NCBI GenBank assembly: GCA_018662365.1
Contig: JABJGH010000035.1
Location: 23,040 to 87,039, forward strand
Source: Chloroflexota bacterium
GTDB taxonomy: Bacteria > Chloroflexota > Anaerolineae > Anaerolineales > UBA11579
Direction of reading: 5' to 3'
DNA: 64,000 bases
The notes under the pieces are model-generated. The model saw nothing but the letters and a program-made list of their open reading frames with translations. It searched no databases and was not told where the DNA came from. The translations under genes and the position numbers were made by a program. Position 1 is the stretch's first letter; each line of letters starts with the position of its first letter. Positions 55,824 to 64,000 of this stretch are shown here, in pieces.

Positions 55824-56600
55824 ATGACGGAATATTCCTCTATCCTTGTTGAAACTCGAGAAAACGTTGGACTGATTCGCCTTAATCGTCCGCGTGCCTT
55901 TAATGCGCTAAACACTGAATTGATCACAGAATTAGTGGATGCCCTGCAAAAATTTGATCAGCAAGATGGGGTGGGAGCGATAGTAATCACCGGAAATGAC
56001 AAGGTGTTTGCTGCGGGTGCGGATATCAAAGAAATGGCCGAGTCGACTGTTGTGGATCGGATAAAGAATGATTCCATCGCAATCTTATCTAAGATCAGGC
56101 AAGTCAAGAAACCGATCATTGCGGCGATTTCTGGATGGGCATTGGGCGGGGGCTGTGAACTTGCCATGGCCTGTGACATGATCATTGCCTCTGAAACCGC
56201 TCAATTTGGGCAACCTGAAATCAATCTAGGGGTGATTCCAGGAGCCGGGGGTACACAAAGATTAACCCGAATAGTGGGCAAAGCAATTGCCATGGAAATG
56301 ATCTTAAATGACCGCAGACTAACCGCCGAAGAAGCCCTTCAAATGGGCCTAATTAATCGGGTTGTACCCGTGGAGATCTATTTAGAAGAAACCTTAAAAA
56401 TGGCCCAAGAAATTGCTGTACGTGCCCCGATCGCGGTTCAGTTCGCAAAGAAAGCGATCAACCAAGCTTACGAATCTTCACTGTCAGATGGGTTGGAGGA
56501 CGAACGCCAGGCCTTTTATCTATTGTTTGGCACTGAAGATCAAAAAGAGGGGATGCGCGCATTTTCCGAAAAACGACCCCCAAAATGGCAGGGGAAATAA
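55824..56600 (+). CDS. Enoyl-CoA hydratase (crotonase family)
   Basis: FAAGADIKEM and GWALGGGCELAM.CD motifs in 258 aa. Confidence 0.95.
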   Translation: MTEYSSILVETRENVGLIRLNRPRAFNALNTELITELVDALQKFDQQDGVGAIVITGNDKVFAAGADIKEMAESTVVDRIKNDSIAILSKIRQVKKPIIAAISGWALGGGCELAMACDMIIASETAQFGQPEINLGVIPGAGGTQRLTRIVGKAIAMEMILNDRRLTAEEALQMGLINRVVPVEIYLEETLKMAQEIAVRAPIAVQFAKKAINQAYESSLSDGLEDERQAFYLLFGTEDQKEGMRAFSEKRPPKWQGK

Positions 56601-56643
56601 ACAATATTCATACGCATCGTCTGCTTTAACAATAAAAGAGGAT

Positions 56644-57453
56644 ATGCAAAAATTTCGAGATCTTGTCCTGGCCTTTAGGCAATTAGATTTAGATGGAAGC
56701 CGACCGGTAATCGCTCATGCTTCCCTGTCTTCTTTTGGCTATGTGAATGGGGGAGCGGAGGCGGTTGTTGGAGCCTTAGATCATCATTTTGATCAGGTGA
56801 TCATGCCCACCTTCACCTATAAAACAATGATTGTGCCGAGTTCTGGCCCACTGAATAATGCCAGCAAATATGGCAGCCTTGTCGATCTGAACAAAATGAC
56901 GGAATTTTTTCATGCAGATATGCCCGCTGACAAACTCATGGGGGCTGTACCGGAATTGCTGCGAAAGCAAGCCAAAGCTACTCGATCATTTCACCCAATA
57001 TTGTCCTTTGCCGGAATCAATGCAAAAGAAATCCTCGATCAACAAACGTTAAAACATCCCCTAGCACCCATCGCAAAATTAGCGGATCTGGACGCATGGG
57101 TTTTGCTCTTGGGGGTGGGTCAAAAAGCTAACACAAGTATTCACCTTGGAGAACGGCTTGCTGGAAGAAAAACTTTTATGCGTTGGGCATTAGTGCCTGA
57201 TCTTATCGTAGAGTGCCCGGGTTTCCCTTCATGCTCAGACGGATTTGATGCGATCGAAGATCATATTCAGCCCATCGTTCGAAAAAAACATGTGGGAAAA
57301 GCTTTGATCAAGGCAATTCCTTTGCGAGGGCTAATTAAAATAACTAGAAAATTGGTAGAAGAAGATCCTCTAGCATTATTATGTGAGAATTTTTATTGTG
57401 AGCGCTGCAAGGCCGTACGCGCAGAAGTGGCATATAAATTGTTAAACGATTAA
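56644..57453 (+). CDS. AAC(3)-family (Antibiotic_NAT) aminoglycoside N3-acetyltransferase-like protein
   Basis: VIAHASLSSFG, MPTF(T/S)Y and N.S.H.GE motifs. Start moved to the ATG at 56644. The longer ORF from 56413 overlaps the crotonase gene. Confidence 0.7.
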   Translation: MQKFRDLVLAFRQLDLDGSRPVIAHASLSSFGYVNGGAEAVVGALDHHFDQVIMPTFTYKTMIVPSSGPLNNASKYGSLVDLNKMTEFFHADMPADKLMGAVPELLRKQAKATRSFHPILSFAGINAKEILDQQTLKHPLAPIAKLADLDAWVLLLGVGQKANTSIHLGERLAGRKTFMRWALVPDLIVECPGFPSCSDGFDAIEDHIQPIVRKKHVGKALIKAIPLRGLIKITRKLVEEDPLALLCENFYCERCKAVRAEVAYKLLND

Positions 57454-57551
57454 TTTCTTCACTATAAAACTAAATTTTCAATTTTTATCGTACCTCTTCC
57501 TGCCACGATGGGTTATTAATTAAAACTATTTATCCCTAGGAGGATATTCTT

Positions 57552-57848
57552 ATGCTTTATGCAATTATTGCTATTCTTTGTGGTCTGTTGCTTCTTTCAA
57601 ACTATTTCCCAAAAATAGCTTCAGCTTTAAAACCAATTGAAGGTATTGTTGGTTTGGTAGCACTTGTACTTGGCATTGTGAGTGTACTCGGCGGCCTTAC
57701 CCTTGTCAATGTCACCTTGATCCTGGCTGGAATTATATTGGCTGTAAGCATGATCCCATCACTGGCGAAAGCGGCGGGCTCCCTGGCTCCCTTACGCACA
57801 GTTTTAGGTGTGATTGCCTTAGTTGTCGGTGTCATAAATTTATTGTAA
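57552..57848 (+). CDS. Small membrane protein (3 TM), unknown function
   Basis: AGGAGG RBS, a 98-aa hydrophobic protein, and a terminator immediately downstream. Confidence 0.6.
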   Translation: MLYAIIAILCGLLLLSNYFPKIASALKPIEGIVGLVALVLGIVSVLGGLTLVNVTLILAGIILAVSMIPSLAKAAGSLAPLRTVLGVIALVVGVINLL

Positions 57849-57869
57849 GCATTTCGGACTTTTCAGAAA

Positions 57870-57899
57870 GGGCTTTGCTATATAGCAAGGCCTTTTTTT
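57870..57899 (+). terminator. Rho-independent terminator
   Basis: GGCTTTGCTA-TA-TAGCAAGGCC (one mismatch) followed by T7. Confidence 0.6.
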
Positions 57900-57964
57900 C
57901 CTTAATTACCCTGAACGACAGGGGTTATTGTATATATTCTGTGTTCTCCTCTATAATATAGTTC

Positions 57965-59641
57965 ATGAGTAAATTTAAACTGTACCCCTGGGTGGAGATT
58001 TTTTTTGTAAGTCTCTTCACCCTTCTTTTTTATTCTTTATTACAAAAATACATTATTCCGCGAACCTATCACTCTGATGTGATCTGGTACCTCGAAGCGG
58101 CATTTCATAACCTTGGAGATTTTTTACTCTGGGTAAATCGATATGCCCATGTATATTTCCTCAAAATTTTCTTTCTTTTCTCCAACGATCCTTTCGAAGT
58201 TGGAAAAAATTATTGGGTGTTTATGTTCACTGCAACAACCTTGTTGGTTTACCTTAATGCCCGCCTTCTAACCCCTCGCAGCAAATTTCTCCATGGCATA
58301 CTGGCCGTTGGATTTTTCCTTTCCATCAATGTTTTTTCAAACACCCTTGGTGTTCCCCTTGTAGATTACACAAGCATGTTGATCGTTTTGACAATCTCGC
58401 TGGTGTATTTGAGCTCTTTGAGAAGGGGGCATACAGTCAAATGGCTGCTGATCCTTTTAGGGTTTTTATTCTTTATAGCCTTTAAGACTAAAGAAACCGC
58501 TTGGGTTTCTGCCATTTTGCTTTTTGGTTTGATGTTTGATGAAAATAATACATTTAATGTCGAAAGTTTGAAAAAAAATGGGCTGCAAGTCCTTATTGGT
58601 GGATTAATTGGCGGATTATTATTTATTGTATTGGATGGTCTTTTGCTTAAGGATCCTCTTTTTGGATTACGGCCAGCTAATCTTTCAACCCCCACCGGTT
58701 TTTTTATCAATGCAAATCCAAATCTCACTGAACCTGGAAACTGGTATAACAATGTGCTTTTCCAAGCTGCCCCCCATCTTTTAGCATTCTATTTAATCAG
58801 CCTGGTAAAACAAAAAAAGCATGCTTGGCCTTTAGCAAATCGGTTGTTTTGGTCAATTCCTATTTTTACTATTCTCAGCATTACCGCTTTCCAACTAACA
58901 GCAAACTATGATCTCTTTTTGCTGCGTTTCTTATTTCCCGTGTTAGCAATATTTTCAATTGCTGCTCCCCAATTTATAGAATTTAAAATGCCCGTTTCAA
59001 AGAAAGATCAAATAATTTTTTGGTCCACCCTCATTTTAGGAAGCATGTTTTTAAGGTATGTTTGGCTAGGAACGGAAATCTTCTCCAACATTAATGATTT
59101 GGATCACCCTCAATTAATAAACAGCTTGTTTCGGCCGATCATTTTCACCTTGCTTTTGTTATTAATCCTATTGGTTGATAAATATAAGTCCTATTTTGTA
59201 TTTATTCCAATATTTTTAATTATTGGTTTTTTAATACAACCGATAAAGAAGAATTATCAAGCACTTGCAATTCCAGAGGAAATATACACTGTTCAACCTC
59301 GCTTTTATCCGTTCATGGAATTTGAGGATCAAATCGAATTCAGTCCGGAGATGAGTTTTTATATTTCGCCGAATGTACCCAAAACGAATTTCTATTTATC
59401 TGAGAATGTGGATACTGTCGTTGCAGTTTTTAACCTGGTCTTCAATGTTCAGGCCGATCGGGAAAATTTTATTTTTAATCCTACCCCCGAAGAACTAATG
59501 GATATAGCGAGCAATAATGAATTTGACTATGTCCTACTGGTCAGCGACGATTGGAATCAATATTTCGATGGAAGCATTTTAGATTTTTGTGCTTTTAATG
59601 AAGATAGTGACGAGATATTAGTACTCCTGGATTGCCGCTAA
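57965..59641 (+). CDS. Polytopic membrane protein, GT-C-like glycosyltransferase architecture (tentative)
   Basis: More than 10 TM helices followed by a ~130-aa soluble C-terminal domain. Similar layout to 42108..43646 but with no obvious sequence identity. Confidence 0.45.
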   Translation: MSKFKLYPWVEIFFVSLFTLLFYSLLQKYIIPRTYHSDVIWYLEAAFHNLGDFLLWVNRYAHVYFLKIFFLFSNDPFEVGKNYWVFMFTATTLLVYLNARLLTPRSKFLHGILAVGFFLSINVFSNTLGVPLVDYTSMLIVLTISLVYLSSLRRGHTVKWLLILLGFLFFIAFKTKETAWVSAILLFGLMFDENNTFNVESLKKNGLQVLIGGLIGGLLFIVLDGLLLKDPLFGLRPANLSTPTGFFINANPNLTEPGNWYNNVLFQAAPHLLAFYLISLVKQKKHAWPLANRLFWSIPIFTILSITAFQLTANYDLFLLRFLFPVLAIFSIAAPQFIEFKMPVSKKDQIIFWSTLILGSMFLRYVWLGTEIFSNINDLDHPQLINSLFRPIIFTLLLLLILLVDKYKSYFVFIPIFLIIGFLIQPIKKNYQALAIPEEIYTVQPRFYPFMEFEDQIEFSPEMSFYISPNVPKTNFYLSENVDTVVAVFNLVFNVQADRENFIFNPTPEELMDIASNNEFDYVLLVSDDWNQYFDGSILDFCAFNEDSDEILVLLDCR

Positions 59642-59754
59642 TCATACTAAAATCCTCCTGCTTTATCAAAAATTTACCCCTTTTAGAAACTTTCGTCCAT
59701 ATATATATCTAGATAATTTTTTGGATTTAAATCAAAACCTTATTACAATAAGGT

Positions 59755-60519
59755 ATGGAAAATAAAAACATCCAATTAATCGAATCTCTGGCGGCGAATG
59801 CCTGGCAAGCAGAAAGCTCACAAGGTTTAGAAGGCTGGCTTTTGCGATTTTCAAGGGGCATTACAAGGCGCGGAAATTCTGTGTTCCCCCAACGCGATCA
59901 TGGGCAGGTTGAGTTGGATAAGAAAATTGATGCAGTTGAAGCCTTTTATTCGAAAAAGGGACAACCTGCGATATTTCAAATGACTCAGGCGGCTCTCCCC
60001 GCAGGTCTATACGAAAATCTAAAAAAGAGGGGATACCGAGATGCCTTTTTCACCCAAGTTCAATCTGCAAAAACTGATGTAGTCCTTAAAAACACAAAAA
60101 GAAAAACGGTGTTTACAGCGATTATGGAAACAAGACCAATTCCCAAATGGCTGGATGTGTATTTTGAAACCAGCCAATATGGGGCGCTTAGCGCAGAAGT
60201 AAGAAAAAATATCCTGGAAAAAATCCCTGGTTTGGCAGGCTTTTTTATGCTCAAAGATGATGCCCAGATCTCTGCAATTGGATTGGGGGTGATTGAGGGA
60301 AAACATCTCGGTATCTACTGTATGGTGACGCCCGAATCCTATCGAAGGCAGGGGGCCGCCACGGAGATTCTTCATGCCCTAGCAAAATGGGGTGGGAATC
60401 ATTCGGTGGAGCACATATACTTACAAGTAATGGAAAACAATCAACCCGCATTAGCCTTATATAAAAATGCCGGATTTAATAAACAATACCGTTATTGGTA
60501 TTCTGAAAAAGCAGTATGA
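59755..60519 (+). CDS. GNAT family N-acetyltransferase
   Basis: YRRQGAATEIL acetyl-CoA motif and a V...N..A..LY...GF tail. Confidence 0.85.
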   Translation: MENKNIQLIESLAANAWQAESSQGLEGWLLRFSRGITRRGNSVFPQRDHGQVELDKKIDAVEAFYSKKGQPAIFQMTQAALPAGLYENLKKRGYRDAFFTQVQSAKTDVVLKNTKRKTVFTAIMETRPIPKWLDVYFETSQYGALSAEVRKNILEKIPGLAGFFMLKDDAQISAIGLGVIEGKHLGIYCMVTPESYRRQGAATEILHALAKWGGNHSVEHIYLQVMENNQPALALYKNAGFNKQYRYWYSEKAV

Positions 60520-61310
60520 AACCAAAACAAACCATTCGACCCTTTCCAATATCACGACAGGCGATCTCCGATTTCAATCGGCTGGCAAAAGAAAAAAACC
60601 TGATTCATGGGATCAGCGAGTTTGATGTATCTAAGGCTCGAATCCTCATTCAAAAATATGAAGAGCAAAGCGGAGAAAAACTTTCCTTCACCGCCTTTAT
60701 TCTCTATTGCATGGCAAAAGCGATTGACCAAAACAAAAATTTGCAAGGGTATCGAAAAGGGCAAAGAAAGGTCGTCGTTTTTGATGACGTGGATGTGACG
60801 ACGATCATAGAAATTGAATTAGAAAATAAACGTTATCCATTGGCGCATATTCTCCGGAGCGCAAACCAAAGGGATGTAAAAAGTTTACACGATGAAATCC
60901 GACAGGTTCAATCCAACCGAGAAAGTAGCCGAAGCATGGGTTACTGGAAATTTATGAAATACTTTCTCCATTTCCCTTGGTTTATTCGTCGGCTCTTCTA
61001 CAAATCAATTCTCAATAACCCTGAACGGCGGAAGGAAATATCGGGCACGGTTTCCTTATCTGCAGTTGGCATGGTAGCTTCGGGTTTAAGCGGCTGGGGA
61101 ATCAACCAACCTAACCATACGCTAAGTGTTGCCCTGGGGGGAATCAGCCAAAAAGCCGTTGTAGTAGATGGACAAATTGTTTCCCGAGAAGTCTTGGATC
61201 TCACTATCGCAGTGGACCATGATATTGTCGATGGAGTGCCGGCCGCACAATTTCTGGCTCATTTCAAAGAATTGGTAGAAAGTGCAGCGGGATTGGAAAA
61301 CCACAAATAA
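60516..61310 (+). CDS. Stand-alone 2-oxoacid dehydrogenase (E2)-type acyltransferase catalytic domain protein
   Basis: C-terminal active-site motif DHDIVDG (DH..(V/I)DG). No lipoyl or subunit-binding domains. ATGA overlap with the upstream GNAT gene. Confidence 0.8.
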   Translation: MKPKQTIRPFPISRQAISDFNRLAKEKNLIHGISEFDVSKARILIQKYEEQSGEKLSFTAFILYCMAKAIDQNKNLQGYRKGQRKVVVFDDVDVTTIIEIELENKRYPLAHILRSANQRDVKSLHDEIRQVQSNRESSRSMGYWKFMKYFLHFPWFIRRLFYKSILNNPERRKEISGTVSLSAVGMVASGLSGWGINQPNHTLSVALGGISQKAVVVDGQIVSREVLDLTIAVDHDIVDGVPAAQFLAHFKELVESAAGLENHK

Positions 61311-61405
61311 AAGCGGGGAAATAATAGGCTGGATAGCCATTAGGGTTAATAGTAGAGCTACCCAATTGATATAATACTCATCAAAAAATAATTAAGGGAA
61401 ATTCA

Positions 61406-62089
61406 ATGAAAATACAGATCTATACGATGCAAACGCCAGAGGAGGCCTTGGAAGTAATTGCCTCAGGGGTTGACCATATAGGCATCACCCCAGGATCTTA
61501 CGGCCTACCGGGAGAGGTTGATTTCCAGACGGCGAGAAAAATTGTGGATACCGTGGGGGATAAGGCGGTTTCAGTTGCGTTAACGGTAGATACTGATCTA
61601 GAAATAATCGAGGAAATGGCAAAAGCCGTGCACCCAGGTATCCTCCATTTATGTGCTTTAGAAGGAGCTTTACCTCCAAACGAAGTTGCCAAATTGAGGG
61701 CAAATCTCCCCGGATTGCCAATCATGCAGGCTATCTCGGTGGCAGGGCCGAAGGCGATTGACCTGGCATTGGCCTATCAAGAAGTGGCGGAATATATTAT
61801 TTTAGATACGCAGGCGGCCGACATTGATGGTATTGGCGCTTCGGGAGAAACCCATGATTGGACTGTCAGCCGGGAAATCGTGCGGCAATTAAATATCCCG
61901 GTGATCTTGGCTGGGGGGCTTTCCCCCGAAAACGTGGGGGAATCGATCAGGGTGGTGCAACCCTGGGGGGTTGATTCTCTAACCCATACCAATCACCCCT
62001 TGGCTGGAGGTGGATTTAAAAAAGACATCGGCCGCATCCAAAAGTTTGTCGAAGAGGCTCACATAGCCGCAATTAAGATTTATGAATAA
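61406..62089 (+). CDS. Phosphoribosylanthranilate isomerase (TrpF)-like TIM-barrel protein
   Basis: D.IG(I/F)... at the N-terminus and (I/L)LD...GG.G...DW......P(V/I)ILAGGL.PENV are typical of PRAI. No other trp genes are nearby. Confidence 0.65.
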   Translation: MKIQIYTMQTPEEALEVIASGVDHIGITPGSYGLPGEVDFQTARKIVDTVGDKAVSVALTVDTDLEIIEEMAKAVHPGILHLCALEGALPPNEVAKLRANLPGLPIMQAISVAGPKAIDLALAYQEVAEYIILDTQAADIDGIGASGETHDWTVSREIVRQLNIPVILAGGLSPENVGESIRVVQPWGVDSLTHTNHPLAGGGFKKDIGRIQKFVEEAHIAAIKIYE

Positions 62090-63014
62090 AAACGAAACCA
62101 AAGTTGTTGTTTTGGGAGACTCAAATGTGGATATACTTGTTCGTCTCCCCGATCGCAATCAACCCATAATAACTGATCATAAATATGCCCCCCCTGAATT
62201 ACACGGTGGTGGCACTGCTGCCAATGTTGCCGTCTCCTTGGCACGATTAGGAGTACCCGTTTCTTTCATGGGATCTGTTGGTGCGGATAATTATGGGCAT
62301 TGGGTGGAAGAAGATTTTAAACGAGAAGGGATAGAAATTAGCGGTCTTCAAATGGTTGAGGATGCTTTTACAGTAATGGTGATGGCCTTAATAGAACCAA
62401 ACGGAGAACGACTCATTTATGTCTGGCCACCGACTGGCGGCGCCCATAACCATTTCACGCTAAACGAAATTGATCTTTCTTCATGGCCGTCAGCAAAATG
62501 GCTGCATACGACCGGAATTTGCTTGCGGGGGAAACCGGTCCGTGAAACCGTACTAGCTGCGATGGTAGAAGCAAGGAAATTAGGTTGGGAAGTTTCCCTT
62601 GACCTCAATCTCCGAACCGAATCATGGGGGTTGAACCCGGAAACGCAAGAAATCTTTGAACGAGCAATCGGCCTTTCTGATGTGGTTTTTGGTAATGCTG
62701 AAGAAGAAATTCTGCCTCTATCAAAGAAAAGAAGTTTGGAATCAGCGGTGAAGGGGCTTTGTGAGAATAAACGAGTGATCATAGCCCGCCAGGGGAGCGA
62801 GGGGGCGTTGATTTGTACCCCCGATGGCCTATTCCATTCTCCTGCATTGCAAGTAAAGGTTGTAGATACGCTGGGCGCGGGAGATGCCTTTAATGCCGGT
62901 TTCATTGCTGCCCAAATTACAGGGGCGGACGTTGCTGAGGCTTCAAAACGCGGGAATGAAACGGCGGCTCTAAAAATTCAATATTCGGGAGCACGCGGAT
63001 TACCAAAACGGTAA
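62082..63014 (+). CDS. PfkB family carbohydrate kinase
   Basis: GGTAANVA N-terminal motif and DTLGAGDAFNAGF C-terminal motif. 8-nt overlap with the upstream gene. Confidence 0.9.
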   Translation: MNKNETKVVVLGDSNVDILVRLPDRNQPIITDHKYAPPELHGGGTAANVAVSLARLGVPVSFMGSVGADNYGHWVEEDFKREGIEISGLQMVEDAFTVMVMALIEPNGERLIYVWPPTGGAHNHFTLNEIDLSSWPSAKWLHTTGICLRGKPVRETVLAAMVEARKLGWEVSLDLNLRTESWGLNPETQEIFERAIGLSDVVFGNAEEEILPLSKKRSLESAVKGLCENKRVIIARQGSEGALICTPDGLFHSPALQVKVVDTLGAGDAFNAGFIAAQITGADVAEASKRGNETAALKIQYSGARGLPKR

Positions 63015-63149
63015 GACCTGCCATTCAGTCAGGCAGGAGGGGGAGATTATTTTTCATCAAATTTCAATAAATTTTCGGTCACCTGTTATAATAGCCATCG
63101 CTCAAAATTCAAACATTTTACATGTTAATCCCTCCTTTAGGAGATAGGT

Positions 63150-64000
63150 ATGACAAAAGATTTCTTTAATGCAAAAGATATTTTAGATACAAGCCATGGA
63201 CAATATGTCTATTATCGATTGGATGCCCTGGAAAAAGAAGGGCATGCAAAATTATCCAAATTGCCGATCTCGATTCGAGTGTTACTTGAAGCGGCTTTAC
63301 GCCAGATCAACGAAAAAGATGTCACAAGCAATGATGTGATTACGCTTGCCGGTTGGACGCCAAAAGTAGCCGATCGACCTGCAATGCCTTTCAAACCTGG
63401 GCGAGTGATTATGCAAGACTTCACTGGCGTTCCCGCGGTGGTTGACCTGGCGGCCATGCGATCCGCAATGGCCCGCTTGGGCGGTGACCCCAAAAAGATC
63501 AACCCCGTCATTCCAGTCGATCTGGTGATCGACCATTCAGTGCAGGTGGATTTCTTTGCTAGCGAGGATGCCCTAGATCGAAACGCTGAGCTCGAATTTG
63601 CCCGCAACAAAGAACGATATGAGTTCTTACATTGGGGGCAAAAAGCCTTCGATAAATTCCGTGTCGTTCCCCCTGCCACGGGCATTGTGCATCAGGTTAA
63701 TTTAGAGTATTTGGCAAAAGGTGTGCTCACCCGCAAGGTAGGTGGTGAGACCGTCGCGTTCCCGGACACTTTGGTTGGCACAGACTCCCATACAACGATG
63801 ATCAATGGATTAGGTGTTGTCGGATGGGGTGTGGGCGGCATCGAAGCAGAAGCTGCGATCTTAGGCCAGTCATTAGATATGTTGACCCCTGATGTCGTTG
63901 GATTCAAACTGTCTGGCGAGATCAAGGATGGGGTAACCCCCACAGATCTGACCTTGGTCATCGTTCAGATGTTGAGAGCACATGGCGTGGTCGGTAATTT
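63150..64000 (+). CDS. acnA: Aconitate hydratase A, N-terminal part (continues beyond the window)
   Basis: Frame open from the ATG at 63150 (AGGAGATAGG RBS) to the window end. The translation contains RV(I/L)[31 protein letters not shown] and [14 protein letters not shown]. Confidence 0.95.
   Translation, partial: MTKDFFNAKDILDTSHGQYVYYRLDALEKEGHAKLSKLPISIRVLLEAALRQINEKDVTSNDVITLAGWTPKVADRPAMPFKPGRVIMQDFTGVPAVVDLAAMRSAMARLGGDPKKINPVIPVDLVIDHSVQVDFFASEDALDRNAELEFARNKERYEFLHWGQKAFDKFRVVPPATGIVHQVNLEYLAKGVLTRKVGGETVAFPDTLVGTDSHTTMINGLGVVGWGVGGIEAEAAILGQSLDMLTPDVVGFKLSGEIKDGVTPTDLTLVIVQMLRAHGVVGN

Overview
This is a 64-kb bacterial window with moderate but very uneven GC. My guess is a Chloroflexota/Anaerolineae-like organism. 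That rests only on Gram-positive-type SOS boxes, PT-rich lipoproteins with ALAC/ISAC lipoboxes and overall gene content. Most of the window is housekeeping. It includes tRNA-Gln, a glmU-corC-cdd operon, a leucine-catabolism-type carboxylase operon, two ClpC-type unfoldases, rpsA, radA, DegV, Dus, the methylcrotonyl-CoA carboxylase beta subunit, crotonase and the 5' end of acnA. It also has an ABC-2 exporter with a HisKA_3/NarL two-component system, an HD-GYP protein and several secreted lipoproteins. Four regions are not ordinary. (1) The last ~60-150 bp of clpC plus its terminator hairpin occur four times in direct orientation (36.7-41.2 kb). These copies bracket three small AT-rich gene segments carrying glycosylation-type cargo. 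That looks like serial cassette or island accretion at the 3' end of clpC, yet no recombinase is visible in the window. (2) A BchI/ChlI-like AAA+ gene ends just after an A9 run. Its -1 frame stays open for 57 codons with no start codon and runs into a VWA/MIDAS ORF, so a -1 frameshift would give a full BchD/ChlD-like protein. (3) A ~2-kb islet of very low GC encodes an AbiJ-like Abi_C/HEPN protein and an unknown protein with an Rx4H motif. (4) radA is much more GC-rich than its neighbours and is preceded by two GAAC-N4-GTTC-like boxes that overlap good promoters. All functional calls come from reading motifs in the supplied translations. No database search was run.
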